DNA from: a virus
Taxonomy: Duplodnaviria > Caudoviricetes
Direction: 5' to 3' (one strand)
IMG/VR virus record: IMGVR_UViG_3300013121_000036
Coordinates: 32,001-96,000 of that record
Length of the DNA: 64,000 bases
Part shown: piece after piece, positions 38,599 to 49,078 of the stretch
How positions within the stretch are numbered: position 1 is the stretch's first letter
Layout of the letters: each line of letters begins with the position of its first letter
The notes under the pieces: generated by a model
What the model was told of the DNA's origin: nothing
Databases searched by the model: none
What the model saw: the letters and a program-made list of their open reading frames with translations, nothing else
Translations under genes and position numbers: made by a program

Positions 38599-39849
38599 AT
38601 GGCGACGACAAAGGATCTTGAACGCTTCGTCGCGACTGGCTCTGAGAAGGACGTGTCGAGGCCAGAGTTCGCGGAGGCCGCCGCGGATCAGAAAATGGCT
38701 CCTGATGGGTACGTGTGGCGAGGTCACTGGGAGGCTCCATACGACGGCACCAGCGAGGCGACGAGGCGCCTTGCTCTGGCCCTCTCTGCCCACAAGCCAG
38801 TGTGGCTCATGAGTCAGTCTGGCCCCATGGTGGACACGCCTGAGCGTATCAGGGCCATGGTCGCCCCACTCAGAGACAGGGGTCTCAAGCGCACCCTGCT
38901 GACCATCGACCACTTCGTCCCGACCCTCAACGACGTGCTTGCCAGGGTGAGGCCGAGGGTGTCAGGCAACGAAGACCTTGTCGAGCGGGTCAACAGGGCC
39001 AAGATTTTCCTCACCGTGTGGGAGCGAGAGGGCGTCTCGAAGCCGCTCGGAGCACTCCTGTCGAAGGTCGGGATGAACTGGGTTCCGTGCGAACGTAACA
39101 AGGAGGCTCTCCTCGCGGCTGGCGTCAACAACGTTCGAATCGTGCCACACGTCTACAGGGCTCCCGTCGCCAGGGCTGAGAAGAAGCTCCAGCCGTCAAC
39201 GCACCCGTACTACTTCTACTCAATAGGGAAGTGGGAGCCTCGCAAGAACAACGTTGCCATCATCGAGGCGTTCCTCCGGCGTTTCTCCCCGAAGGACCGC
39301 GCCTTCCTGTGGATGAAGACGAGCAAGTTCGGGACGTTCTCTGGGTACCCAGATACGCCAGCCAAGGCCCTGTCACAACTGCTGTCGAAGCCAGAGGTGA
39401 GGGATAAAGGTTGGGACATGACCAACGTCCAGCACAAGATAGCCATCGTGACGTCAGCGCTGTCCGACGCCGACATCGAGCGGGCTCACGAGACTGGGGA
39501 CTGCTACGTTTCTGCATCTCATGGTGAGGCTTGGGACATGCCAGCGTTCGACGCCGTAGCTGCCAGGGCGAGGCTTGTTCACGTCGGCTTCGGAGGCTCT
39601 GAGGACTATGCTCCCAGCAACGCTGTCTGCGCCTGGAGCGGCGAGAGGGAGTCGTGTCACGTGGACTACAGGTGGGAGAAGGACTCGCGGTGGGCCAAGG
39701 TAGACGTTGACCTTCTTGCCAGATCGATGGGGGAAGCATACGAAGATCGGCAGCTCGGTGGTGAGATCGATCTCTCTCGCTACAGCGCTGCGTCGGTCGG
39801 GAAGTTGATGGCAGACCTCTGCCAGGAAGTGCTTGACGCAGCCAAATGA
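38599..39849 (+). CDS. GT-B (GT4-like) glycosyltransferase
   Basis: FYSIGKWEPRKN, DCYVSASHGEAWDMPAFDA. Confidence 0.85.
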   Translation: MATTKDLERFVATGSEKDVSRPEFAEAAADQKMAPDGYVWRGHWEAPYDGTSEATRRLALALSAHKPVWLMSQSGPMVDTPERIRAMVAPLRDRGLKRTLLTIDHFVPTLNDVLARVRPRVSGNEDLVERVNRAKIFLTVWEREGVSKPLGALLSKVGMNWVPCERNKEALLAAGVNNVRIVPHVYRAPVARAEKKLQPSTHPYYFYSIGKWEPRKNNVAIIEAFLRRFSPKDRAFLWMKTSKFGTFSGYPDTPAKALSQLLSKPEVRDKGWDMTNVQHKIAIVTSALSDADIERAHETGDCYVSASHGEAWDMPAFDAVAARARLVHVGFGGSEDYAPSNAVCAWSGERESCHVDYRWEKDSRWAKVDVDLLARSMGEAYEDRQLGGEIDLSRYSAASVGKLMADLCQEVLDAAK

Positions 39850-40190
39850 ACTCAGCGAAGCGAATTCTCATGGCTTCAGCGTGGGCCATCGGAGCGGCCC
39901 TTGCTTGGCATGACAAGAGATCGGCGTCCGAAGCCATCTCGAACAGGTGCAAGTTCTGGCCATCCGAATGGAGCGGTGTCGTGACGCCTGGGATGCTGAA
40001 GGACGTTCTCTCCGCCTATGTCGAAGCCAACAAGGAAGGCAAGGACCAGTTCGCGGGGTACCTCGCAGAAACCTTCTTGCGACCAATGGGGATGATGGAG
40101 ATCGCTGCTCAGGCCACGGCGGTTTCTTTCCTCTCCGAGAGCGGCTCGTACTGGTCGTCCTTCAAGCGAAGCGACTGGGGGTCGGCGTGA
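39846..40190 (+). CDS. hypothetical protein
   Basis: coupled overlaps. Confidence 0.55.
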   Translation: MNSAKRILMASAWAIGAALAWHDKRSASEAISNRCKFWPSEWSGVVTPGMLKDVLSAYVEANKEGKDQFAGYLAETFLRPMGMMEIAAQATAVSFLSESGSYWSSFKRSDWGSA

Positions 40191-41245
40191 ACTTCACGAT
40201 CTATGGCCCCAGCAAGGGCTACGGGTCGTTTCGAAGCATCACCTTGGGGTGCATCGAGGGCATCGAGGACGCTGGCTTCGAGTGCCACTACATCCCGACA
40301 GACACGTTCGATGACGAGGCAGAGCCGCCCACGATAGCAGCTCTGTCGGGTGATGTCGCCATCCACTTCGGCCACCCTGCCTCTGCCCCCATCATGTCGA
40401 GGGGGAGGCATGAGCGTCGATTCATGATGGTCGCTCCAAACAGTGACATGGTGCCGGAGTTCGTCCGCGACATCGCGGAACGATACGACATCGGCATCAT
40501 GTCTCCATCCGTGTACGGACTGAAGTCGATGCGCAACCAGCTCGGCGTGCAGTGCACGCTGTTCCCTCACGGAGTGCGCCGAGAGTTCCTCAAAACAAGC
40601 TCCGTAGACAGGGCGGGAAAGTCTCGATTCCGAGTTCTACACGTGACATCCTCTGCGTCGCAGAGGAAAGGCACCATCGAGCTGGCAGAGGCGTGGCGAT
40701 CGAGCATCAAGTCGCTGGGCATCGAAGCGGAGCTTCATGTCTTTTGCGACAGGACGTGCTTCTTCAACAACGCGAGGCTTCACAGCCCCTCAGACCACAT
40801 CCACGTGATGGAGTCCGCCCTCACGGACTTCGGGAACATGGCAGGCTTCTATGACGAGTACGACCTCGTCGTGCAACCTTCTCGCGCCGAGGGGTTTGGT
40901 CTCGTTCCTCTGGAGGCCCTGTGCATGGGCATCCCCGTTGTTGCTAGCGACATCGGTGGACACGGTCAGTGGATGCGGAAGATCATCGAATTCTTCGTCC
41001 CGTGGGAAACGATGCCGCTGCCGTTCGTCTTCGCCAAGACCGGCGAGTATGGCCCCATCGACGATGTGCCATTTGGGGCGAATGCCCCCACCATCAGCGC
41101 AGTCGCTGTGGGCTCTGCTCTAGCCGAGGCGTTCGAATCCTGGGACAGCCTCGTCGCATCTGCGGTCTACTTTTCTCGCGCTCACGCAAGGTCGTTTTCA
41201 TGGGAAAACGTAGTCAAACGATACCTGCTGGAGGCTCTCAAGTGA
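40187..41245 (+). CDS. GT4 glycosyltransferase
   Basis: QRKG, DLVVQPSRAEGFGLVPLEALCMGIPVVAS, FSWENV. Confidence 0.9.
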   Translation: MNFTIYGPSKGYGSFRSITLGCIEGIEDAGFECHYIPTDTFDDEAEPPTIAALSGDVAIHFGHPASAPIMSRGRHERRFMMVAPNSDMVPEFVRDIAERYDIGIMSPSVYGLKSMRNQLGVQCTLFPHGVRREFLKTSSVDRAGKSRFRVLHVTSSASQRKGTIELAEAWRSSIKSLGIEAELHVFCDRTCFFNNARLHSPSDHIHVMESALTDFGNMAGFYDEYDLVVQPSRAEGFGLVPLEALCMGIPVVASDIGGHGQWMRKIIEFFVPWETMPLPFVFAKTGEYGPIDDVPFGANAPTISAVAVGSALAEAFESWDSLVASAVYFSRAHARSFSWENVVKRYLLEALK

Positions 41246-41253
41246 TAACCGAC

Positions 41254-42126
41254 ATGTCCAAGATGAGGCGGGCTGATTTTGAGAAGCTCTGCCGCGCCAC
41301 GGCGAGGGGCAAGTTTGCCTCGTACAAAGACGGCGAGCCATGCCCCATCCTCGGTGGCAATGCGAACCTTCACGTGAGGGCCGGAGAGCCACACTTCTCG
41401 AAGTACATCGTCGAGGACGGCTTCTGGGAGTCGTGGGTCACGTTGGCCTTTCTGAAGCTCCTGAAGCCCGGTCAGGTGGTCATCAACATCGGCGCGAACC
41501 TCGGATACTTTTCCGCCATCGCGGCGGAGGCCGTGGGGCCCAGTGGGTACGTGCTGGCCGTGGAGGCCAACCCGGAGCTGATGCCGTACCTGAAGAGGAC
41601 CATGAGCGCCTTCCCGCACAGCAGCGTGGAGAACGTGGCTCTCGTGGGGCCGGATTTTCGAGGCGACACCGTTGTCCTGTCCATGCCTGGAGAGGAGTTC
41701 ATGGTGGCCAGCACGTCTCCTGGGTTCGGTACCGGAAAGAGCTTTTCCGTGCAGGCGGCAACGATGTCCCAGATCGCCACGGCTGCCGTCGGAAGGCATA
41801 CTGGGAGCCCCAAGGGCAAGGTCGACGTCATATTCGCCGACGCAGAGGGCGCGGAAGAGCACGTCATCGGAGAGCACCTGGAGGAGATGGAATTCCCGAC
41901 GCTCATCCTTGAGTGGGCACCTGCAAGGTACAAGTACCCGTCATCCAAGATCGGGATGCTGCGCGACATGGGGTACACCGATCATTGGTGCAACTTTGAC
42001 GGAGGCTTCTCGACCATCGACGCCGACAAGCTGGGTGCTCAGTGGACCATGATGGCGTTCTCGAAGGGGCGCCCTTCGTGGTCAGACGCCTCCAAGTCTC
42101 TCAAGCAGGGCCACTTCGGCGGCTGA
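41254..42126 (+). CDS. FkbM-family methyltransferase
   Basis: VINIGANLGYFS, VLAVEANP, DAEGAE. Confidence 0.88.
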   Translation: MSKMRRADFEKLCRATARGKFASYKDGEPCPILGGNANLHVRAGEPHFSKYIVEDGFWESWVTLAFLKLLKPGQVVINIGANLGYFSAIAAEAVGPSGYVLAVEANPELMPYLKRTMSAFPHSSVENVALVGPDFRGDTVVLSMPGEEFMVASTSPGFGTGKSFSVQAATMSQIATAAVGRHTGSPKGKVDVIFADAEGAEEHVIGEHLEEMEFPTLILEWAPARYKYPSSKIGMLRDMGYTDHWCNFDGGFSTIDADKLGAQWTMMAFSKGRPSWSDASKSLKQGHFGG

Positions 42127-42243
42127 ATTGAGCCGGTTGACACGAGCCGTCTGCGTTTTCTTCTGGCTCGTGTCGCTGTTCGACAAGATTTATCAGGAAC
42201 AGATCAGGGTAGAAAGAGCGGTCAAGATCCGCGAAAGGCAAAC

Positions 42244-42528
42244 ATGACAGAGAAGTCCTCGTGCGTCCTACTCAAGACCCCCATCATGATGATCTCCGTT
42301 GACAGGGACGGTCGGTACGGACCAGTCCATGGTCGAAACGAAAGGAATGAGGTCGTGCCTCAGGCTCTCAACCTCATCATCGGCCGCGTTGTGTCGATGA
42401 GGAACGCCTCTGGCCTCACCGAGATCGAGTACGAAGCTGCTGGGGCCATCATGACCGTCATGGTGGACCCAGACCTCGTGCTGGCAGTGTACGACGTCAA
42501 GAAGGCGCCCAGCCTCATCGCTCAGTGA
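42244..42528 (+). CDS. small beta-rich hypothetical protein
   Basis: GAAAGG RBS. Confidence 0.55.
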   Translation: MTEKSSCVLLKTPIMMISVDRDGRYGPVHGRNERNEVVPQALNLIIGRVVSMRNASGLTEIEYEAAGAIMTVMVDPDLVLAVYDVKKAPSLIAQ

Positions 42529-43238
42529 GCCGTCCAGACGCACACCCCATCAGGGCCAAGATCAGGCGCATCGTCTACGCGAGCGCCTGGTCGAAGCTCA
42601 TCCTCACCGAGGGCGAGGAGGCATCTGCCGCCCGATCCCTCGGCGTCTCCGTTGAGCTGTTCCGAGAGGCGAGAGCCATGTACCACAGCGCTCTCCCGAG
42701 GCTCGCCGTGCCGCACGAGGCCAGGTCCTCCTGGGCCTTCTACGTGTCACCGAAGGTCAAGGAAGCAGTCGTGGAATACTGCCAAGAGAGACGATGGACC
42801 GTGAGCGCGTTCATCATGACTTTGGCCCACAACTTCCTCATCTCGAACAGGCGCCTCAAGGTGATGAGACGCTCGCAGGAAGCTCGCCGTTTCGGCCGAA
42901 AGATGACCGCATCCATCACGTTCCAGCCCCAGTCGAGGGGCATCGTGACCGCGCTTTCGGCCACGGCAACGAAGATGGGCATCTCGATGTCTCATCTGCT
43001 CAGGTGCCTCGTTTTCGAGGTCTTTGGGGGCCTCCAGCCGATGCCGAGTCGCACGGTTCTCGGGCTTGAGATCATCGAGCACGAGCTTCTGTACCGAGTC
43101 CCTGAGGATCCGAAGATCGAAGAAGTCGAAGATCCGACTCTCGAAGAGCGACAAGGTGCTGACGAGCTTCCCGAAGACTGCACGGAAGAAGTTGTATCTC
43201 GTCAAGCCTCTCTCCACGAAGGCATCGAGCGACGGTGA
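42525..43238 (+). CDS. putative DNA-binding protein (HTH/RHH-like)
   Basis: AARSLGVSVELF; WTVSAFI and ISMSHLLR segments. Confidence 0.5.
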   Translation: MSRPDAHPIRAKIRRIVYASAWSKLILTEGEEASAARSLGVSVELFREARAMYHSALPRLAVPHEARSSWAFYVSPKVKEAVVEYCQERRWTVSAFIMTLAHNFLISNRRLKVMRRSQEARRFGRKMTASITFQPQSRGIVTALSATATKMGISMSHLLRCLVFEVFGGLQPMPSRTVLGLEIIEHELLYRVPEDPKIEEVEDPTLEERQGADELPEDCTEEVVSRQASLHEGIERR

Positions 43239-43476
43239 TGTAGACGGTCCCCTTCGAGCCTCCACACGACAGGATGGCGCATCCTCCGTACGTGCCCATG
43301 GCCACCCTTCTGGCTATGGCGCTTGCCTCTACACGACGGATGTAGGTTGAGCTTGGGTTGGCGAACGAAGACGCCTTCTTTCCCATGAAGCTCGCGTTTG
43401 GCATGTACGCCTCGGGCACTGAGCGTATGAAGCCGTCCTCGTTCCACTTGACGACTTTGATGTACCTCGGTGGCAT
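43072..43476 (-). CDS. hypothetical protein
   Basis: GAGG RBS after recombinase gene. Confidence 0.5.
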   Translation of the reverse strand: MPPRYIKVVKWNEDGFIRSVPEAYMPNASFMGKKASSFANPSSTYIRRVEASAIARRVAMGTYGGCAILSCGGSKGTVYITVARCLRGERLDEIQLLPCSLREARQHLVALRESDLRLLRSSDPQGLGTEARAR

Positions 43477-43485
43477 GTTTGGTCC

Positions 43486-46400
43486 TCACGTGAACAGGAC
43501 AAAAGCCTCTGCGATGGGGTTGGTGGGCGCCGAGTCGGTCGGCTTTGGTGGCAGCGTGATCGATGTGTTTGGTCTGAACCCGCTCATCGGCACGACGATG
43601 TGCCCAGCGTGTAGGACACGGCGAGCGTTCTTCTTCATGACAGCCTCGTTCCTGTATCGTTCGAGCCTGCCCAGGTCGTCGTCATAGTTCCTCGTCGACA
43701 GGATTCCAAGCGTGGCGTCTTTGAAGGACTCCCACTCGTCGTCCGAGAAAGACTTCACAAGCTCCCTCTCCATCGCCCTGACCTCTTTCACCGTCTTGCC
43801 AGCCGTCTGCTTCTCGAACTCCTCGTACGTCCTGGCTTTCTTTCCCAGGGAGGCAGCAGGCGTGGCAGGTAGAGCAGGCGCGGGAGGCTCAGGCGCGGCC
43901 TCCCCGGCCTTCTTTGGTCTCACGACTGGTCGCTGCCTTGCGGCAGTCTCCTCCTTCTTCGTCTCTTCCGCCGGAGCCTCCCTGGCGGCCCTCTGTGCCC
44001 TCTCTCTTGGCCCCTCGCCGTACCTTCCCTTCGACACTACCTCCCTGGCAGACACGCGCCTTGGTTTCTCCCCCGAGGCAACCTCGGCGAACTGCGGGGT
44101 CACGTCCTGGCCAGAAGCCACGAAAGAGAACTGTCCGATCTGCTCTTGCCGCTCCCTCTCAATCATGAAGTCCCTGAATTCTTCCTGCTCCTGCTTGCTC
44201 ATGCGAGACATCTCTTCGGCGAATTCCAGGCTGTCCTCATCCATCTCCGAGAGCCTGAGGAACCGCGCCAGCTTCGGCACTTCCACGTCCGTGTCGAAGT
44301 CGATGCCGATCAGAACGGACTTCATCTCTTCGATGGTCATCTTCTTGCCGGCTCTGCGCTGAACTTGCCCGATGGCGAACTCGATGTTCGACGGTGCCGG
44401 GAACTTCCATGCGAGTGCCAGGTCGAAGTCCGACTCGAACTTGTCCATGCCGACATCTGGAAGAGGGCGCCCGAGCTTCCTCGGCTCCGTACTCCTCGGC
44501 ATAGGTGCTTTCTGCCTCTTCAGGTCCTCGCCAGACAAGAGGACAGCAGCCCTCCTCTCCCACAGGAGTCGGACGATGCGCCTCGCGACGAGCTGAGGGT
44601 CGACGCCATGCTTCTCGGCGAACTCGATCCTCTCTTGCTCTGTGAACTCGATGGTGCACCTGAGCTGGTTGAACCTGTTCGCTCCCCTCTTGACGTATGT
44701 CACGATGCCGGTCTTGGGGTCCTTTCGCTCCTCCTTGTAGATGCTCTGTAGCATCGAGAAAACCTTGTAGGCCGTGCTGTTCATGACCTCGTCGTCCTCC
44801 TCGTTCGCTCCGATGAAAAGGAACACGGGGACGCCTGCTTCGTACTTGTCGATCTCGCCAGCTATCGTAAAAGCTGCGGACCTCCAGTTGCTCGGCGAGA
44901 TGGCGTACGGGTCGAACCTCTTGTGGCTCCGACCGCTCACGTCAACGAACGGAATGCCGCCTTCGAGCTTGAAGCAAAGATTCCTGATCTGGTCCCTCGT
45001 TGCCTCACTCATCCAGTCGTCGCTTTTCTTGCGGTGCTTCGGAGCGTTGGCGGCGCCGACCCAAGGAGACAGCGACTTGAGGACCTCTTTGAGGGTGTCG
45101 TGGTTGATATCGTACTCGTCGCTGGGCATCCACACCGGAGCCCGCGTGTGAGTGACGGAGAACAGCCACTCGGAAAAAGCCTTCCTGTCGGACTGCTTGA
45201 CGCCGTGCTCAGCGTCTCCCAGTGGGTCCTCCACGTACATCCAGTCTGGTATGTTGTAACTGATGTATCCGAGTCCGGCGTACTCACGGCTCCGCTTTGC
45301 GCTTCTCCCAGAGGTCGCTTCCTTCCTCTTGCCGGCCACGGTGTAACCCTTCCTGGTTCCCTGCACGTACCTTTCCTCTCCCCTCTCGACAGCGTACTCG
45401 TACGGGTCCCTTGATGGGTCGAACGAGCCCGTCAGCCGGTCGCCGTACGTGTCTATCCACCAAGCTATGCCGTCCGCCGAGTGAGACCTCACGAGCTTGT
45501 TCTTGGCGTCCTCCCAAGAGCTTTCCTTGGTCACGGCCTGACCGAAGCCCATCCACGACATGCCCGTCGAGGACATGGCGGCGCCAAGAGCGCGACCAGC
45601 GATGAGCATGATCTTGACCCACTCCACCATGGTCGCGGCGGCAGTTGGCCGCAGCGCGACGTTCGGGTCCTTCTGGTCTACGGCCTTGTAGCCGAGCATC
45701 TGCTCGTGCAGGTCGACCAGCTTCAGCGCCAGCTCGTCGAGGAAGCCGTCCCCGCTGTTCCTGTCAACGCGAGGCACTGGCAAGATGTACTTCGTGTCCC
45801 CCTTGCCTGGAAGACCTCCCCTGTAGACCCTGTAGGGTAGAAGAGTCATGTCTCCCGTCATGAAGCGGGCGTTCTGCACAACCAGAGGGAGCCCCTTGGC
45901 AGAGACCGACAGCCTTTCAGCTCGGCCACCTTTGCCTGGCACGAACAAGTCTCTGGTGTACGCCCACGAAGGATTTGGCTCGAAAAGCGTGTTGATCTTT
46001 GGTTTCGCATCGCCTGGGAGAGCTTCTCCGATTGCTCGGATCGTGCGCTCCGGCTCTGCTGGAGGCTTGATATCCGTGACAGCGTCCATGCTCTGGAGCG
46101 GGATGTGCTCTGCTGACGCTATCGGAGACTCAATGATGTCAGCAGAGGCTGGCTCTTTCCTTGCCGTCACAGGCTGAGGAGGCGGTATATTCACCGGCTC
46201 CTTGATCTCGACGGCCGGTGGAGCTTGCCTCATGACAGACAAGAGTGCGTCTTCGCCAAGAACGCGGGTCGTGTCGACCTGAGGTGCGTAGATGCCAGTG
46301 GTCGTTGGGCTGCTGTGCCCCATGTACTTCTGAACGACCTGGATGGGGGCAACCGTGAGAGCTTGAGCGGCAAACAGGTGCCGAAGGCCGTGTGGGTGGA

Positions 46401-47730
46401 TTCGCTCCATCAGGGCGGCCTGCTGGGCTGGATCGTCCGGCGCGTGAGCTTGTATGTATCGCCGGAAGATTTCCCTGATCCCATCCTGCGTCATCGGGAC
46501 GAGGGCAGCCATCGTGCCATCACCGTGAGAGGCTGCTCCCCACCTTTTCAGCCCCGAAACGAGCGGCGCTTCTGGCAGCTTCGCCATCTCGATGTAGCCA
46601 GGCTCAAGCCCGCTCTTGGAGAGCGCCTCTCGGAACGTGCGCAGAGCCATCATGACGGTGGCTGGAACGCCAAGGCTCTGTACCTTGGAACGCTTCCTTC
46701 GCACCTTGAGCACAGGACCAGACGGGTGCTTCTCGTCGAGGTCGGCGTTCGTGGCGCCGCAAAGCTCGCTCACACGAAGGCCCATCATGTACAACATCTT
46801 GATGACGAGAAGGTCGCGCATCTTTCTGGTCGGATGCACGTCGACCTTGTCTACGATCTCAAGCAGGAGGCGAAGGTCTTCTGGCCTCGTCTTCCTCGCC
46901 TGAGTCCTTTCTTCAGCGTTCTCTCGTCGCTTCGCGTGCCACTTTGCAAGCTCCCACGACACCGGGTTGCCCTTCACCGGGCTTTCGCCAAGAGCCGGGT
47001 TCGGGCGGCACATGGCGCCGAAGAAAGACGACAAGGCGCTCAGCCTCTGAGCCACCGTGGAAGGTTGGGCAGGTGGCCTCTCTGTCACGGGAGCGAAGGA
47101 GAAGATGTAAGGGTCAAGCGGCTCGAAAGGGTCATAGCGCACGATTGAGCCGGTCTTTGACTGCCTGCTGATCTCTGGGTCTCGGATCTTTGGCAGCCGG
47201 TGGACGTAGCCCATCTTGGCAGCCTTGCCGAGGTATGAGAGCAGAGCCTGTTGCGGAGTCGTCTCCCTGTAGTCGTACGGAGACATCAGGGCGACTCCCT
47301 CGGACTCAAGCTCTCGGAACGGGATGGGACCAAGCCGTTCTTTCCCCTTGGCCCTGACAAGGTTCACCAGGGACCGGATGAGGCCCTCGCCGAGCAGGTC
47401 GGGGTAAGCATCCGTGCTGGTCCCAGCGATGGCCCTGGCGTAAGCCGTGATGTCACCCAGGGTGACCTCGTGTGGAGCGATCAGTCGACCTTGGCCTCGG
47501 TGCCACGACAGCCACTCGAAGAAATGCCTGACGGTCCTGGCGTAAGACCTTCTGGTGTGGTCGCTCTGGGAGGTGGCCAGCCACTGAACGAGGGCGTCTT
47601 CGTACCACTGACGCGCGTTGCCAGGCCCCGTTCTCGACCATGCGTCAGCCACGACAGCGAGGCCACGACGATCCTCGTCGATGGGGGCCCTGATCAGCGC
47701 GGTTTCGGTGGGGTTTCTCCTGAGGCTCAC
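43486..47730 (-). CDS. giant tyrosine recombinase (XerC/D-like core plus ~900-aa extension)
   Basis: SDHTRRSY, TVAQRLSALSSFF, RDLLV, GLRVSEL, HPHGLRHLFA, MGHSSPTTTGIY. Confidence 0.88.
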   Translation of the reverse strand: MSLRRNPTETALIRAPIDEDRRGLAVVADAWSRTGPGNARQWYEDALVQWLATSQSDHTRRSYARTVRHFFEWLSWHRGQGRLIAPHEVTLGDITAYARAIAGTSTDAYPDLLGEGLIRSLVNLVRAKGKERLGPIPFRELESEGVALMSPYDYRETTPQQALLSYLGKAAKMGYVHRLPKIRDPEISRQSKTGSIVRYDPFEPLDPYIFSFAPVTERPPAQPSTVAQRLSALSSFFGAMCRPNPALGESPVKGNPVSWELAKWHAKRRENAEERTQARKTRPEDLRLLLEIVDKVDVHPTRKMRDLLVIKMLYMMGLRVSELCGATNADLDEKHPSGPVLKVRRKRSKVQSLGVPATVMMALRTFREALSKSGLEPGYIEMAKLPEAPLVSGLKRWGAASHGDGTMAALVPMTQDGIREIFRRYIQAHAPDDPAQQAALMERIHPHGLRHLFAAQALTVAPIQVVQKYMGHSSPTTTGIYAPQVDTTRVLGEDALLSVMRQAPPAVEIKEPVNIPPPQPVTARKEPASADIIESPIASAEHIPLQSMDAVTDIKPPAEPERTIRAIGEALPGDAKPKINTLFEPNPSWAYTRDLFVPGKGGRAERLSVSAKGLPLVVQNARFMTGDMTLLPYRVYRGGLPGKGDTKYILPVPRVDRNSGDGFLDELALKLVDLHEQMLGYKAVDQKDPNVALRPTAAATMVEWVKIMLIAGRALGAAMSSTGMSWMGFGQAVTKESSWEDAKNKLVRSHSADGIAWWIDTYGDRLTGSFDPSRDPYEYAVERGEERYVQGTRKGYTVAGKRKEATSGRSAKRSREYAGLGYISYNIPDWMYVEDPLGDAEHGVKQSDRKAFSEWLFSVTHTRAPVWMPSDEYDINHDTLKEVLKSLSPWVGAANAPKHRKKSDDWMSEATRDQIRNLCFKLEGGIPFVDVSGRSHKRFDPYAISPSNWRSAAFTIAGEIDKYEAGVPVFLFIGANEEDDEVMNSTAYKVFSMLQSIYKEERKDPKTGIVTYVKRGANRFNQLRCTIEFTEQERIEFAEKHGVDPQLVARRIVRLLWERRAAVLLSGEDLKRQKAPMPRSTEPRKLGRPLPDVGMDKFESDFDLALAWKFPAPSNIEFAIGQVQRRAGKKMTIEEMKSVLIGIDFDTDVEVPKLARFLRLSEMDEDSLEFAEEMSRMSKQEQEEFRDFMIERERQEQIGQFSFVASGQDVTPQFAEVASGEKPRRVSAREVVSKGRYGEGPRERAQRAAREAPAEETKKEETAARQRPVVRPKKAGEAAPEPPAPALPATPAASLGKKARTYEEFEKQTAGKTVKEVRAMERELVKSFSDDEWESFKDATLGILSTRNYDDDLGRLERYRNEAVMKKNARRVLHAGHIVVPMSGFRPNTSITLPPKPTDSAPTNPIAEAFVLFT

Positions 47731-48104
47731 ACGGCGGATTGTAGCCCACCGTCACGATAACTACCAGGCCGACGAAGCGACCTCATGGCGCTCGACAGCG
47801 CCCGCGACGTGTCGACGTTGGCAAGTTGAACTCGCCTCTCGTCATCGGTGCCTAGGATTTCCCTGGCGATGGCGTTGGCCAGGTCGATGTTCGTCGAGAC
47901 CACGAAGATGTGGTTGCCGCTCGCGCAAGACCTCGTGTGCTTCTTGCACTTGCCGCACAGTAGGTGCCCCAGCTTCGCCCTCGTGTGCTGAAGTGCGAGC
48001 CTTGCCCCGGCCCTGCCATACGTTGGATCTATCCAGGCGAACACTCCAGCCGGCCTCCCGGTGGTGAACTCGTATCGAAAGAACACAGCCTCTATGTAGC
48101 TCAT
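47727..48104 (-). CDS. hypothetical protein
   Basis: AGGAG RBS. Confidence 0.55.
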   Translation of the reverse strand: MSYIEAVFFRYEFTTGRPAGVFAWIDPTYGRAGARLALQHTRAKLGHLLCGKCKKHTRSCASGNHIFVVSTNIDLANAIAREILGTDDERRVQLANVDTSRALSSAMRSLRRPGSYRDGGLQSAV

Positions 48105-48658
48105 CGTTTTCTCCTGTGTATCGTTGTCTCGTCGTACAGAGCGCCCCACGTCGGGTTCATGAGCCGCTCGACCTCATCGAAGGCCGACGCCAAAAGCTGG
48201 TGGAACTGGTCGTCAGCGGTGCAGCCGCCGGCTCCCTCTCCACAGTAAGCAACGTACTCTCCGCCAAGCGAAAGGTGCTTGACGGTAGCGTTGTAAGCCA
48301 TGGGGCTTTCATATGGTGGCCATACGAGCAGCAGTGTCCTTGCTGGCGGCATGTCGTTCAGGTCGTCCGTCACCCCGATGGGGTAGTACCTTGTTCTCCA
48401 CTTTTCGGCGTCGAAGGCCGATATCTTGCCGCCGGCCTCAGCTATCATGGAGGCCCAGTATCCGCTGCCAGCTCCCCACTCAACGATGGGCGAATACTTC
48501 GCTATGGCCCTGATGGTCTTCTCGTCTGGGATACCCCACGAGTATTTCCTCACCAGTTCCCATCGCTCTTTCGGCATGATGCGAGGGAGCCTGCCTTCGT
48601 CCCCCATGAACGGCTCAAGCTCTTCGAGGTACGGGTTGGCGATGGTCTTGTTCTTCAT
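48101..48658 (-). CDS. SAM-dependent methyltransferase-like protein
   Basis: IVEWGAGSGYWA, LLLVWPPY, YCGE..GGCTA. Confidence 0.75.
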   Translation of the reverse strand: MKNKTIANPYLEELEPFMGDEGRLPRIMPKERWELVRKYSWGIPDEKTIRAIAKYSPIVEWGAGSGYWASMIAEAGGKISAFDAEKWRTRYYPIGVTDDLNDMPPARTLLLVWPPYESPMAYNATVKHLSLGGEYVAYCGEGAGGCTADDQFHQLLASAFDEVERLMNPTWGALYDETTIHRRKR

Positions 48659-48691
48659 GTTGCCATTATACCTCGAAGAGCTTGGCAAGGT

Positions 48692-49078
48692 CTACTTGAA
48701 CCTACGCCTCGGGTAACACTTGAAGAACAGGTTGGACAGCTCCAGCCTCGTCTTCATGGTCGCCTTTCGCAGCTTCTTTGCAACTTCGCTGTCGCCACAC
48801 TCTTTGGCGGCCTCCAGGCAGGCATCCTTCAGCTCCTCGTCTGTCAAGGCAGCCATGATTCTGTTCTTCAGGCTGATGTACCTGGACCTGCGCATGGTCT
48901 CCAGCATGAAGTAGTTCACGTACGAGAGAACGTAGTCCGGCGACACGAAGCCGATGTCCTCCAGGCTGCAAGCCGCCGCCATCACCTGGACTGAAGCGAT
49001 GCGATGACCGAACAGCAAGAGCGCGTCGGAAGCGCCCTGCTCTGCCGCTATCTTCATGATTTCCATGGCGCGCCTCAT
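48692..49078 (-). CDS. hypothetical protein
   Basis: ends in TAG, in frame with next gene. Confidence 0.55.
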   Translation of the reverse strand: MRRAMEIMKIAAEQGASDALLLFGHRIASVQVMAAACSLEDIGFVSPDYVLSYVNYFMLETMRRSRYISLKNRIMAALTDEELKDACLEAAKECGDSEVAKKLRKATMKTRLELSNLFFKCYPRRRFK

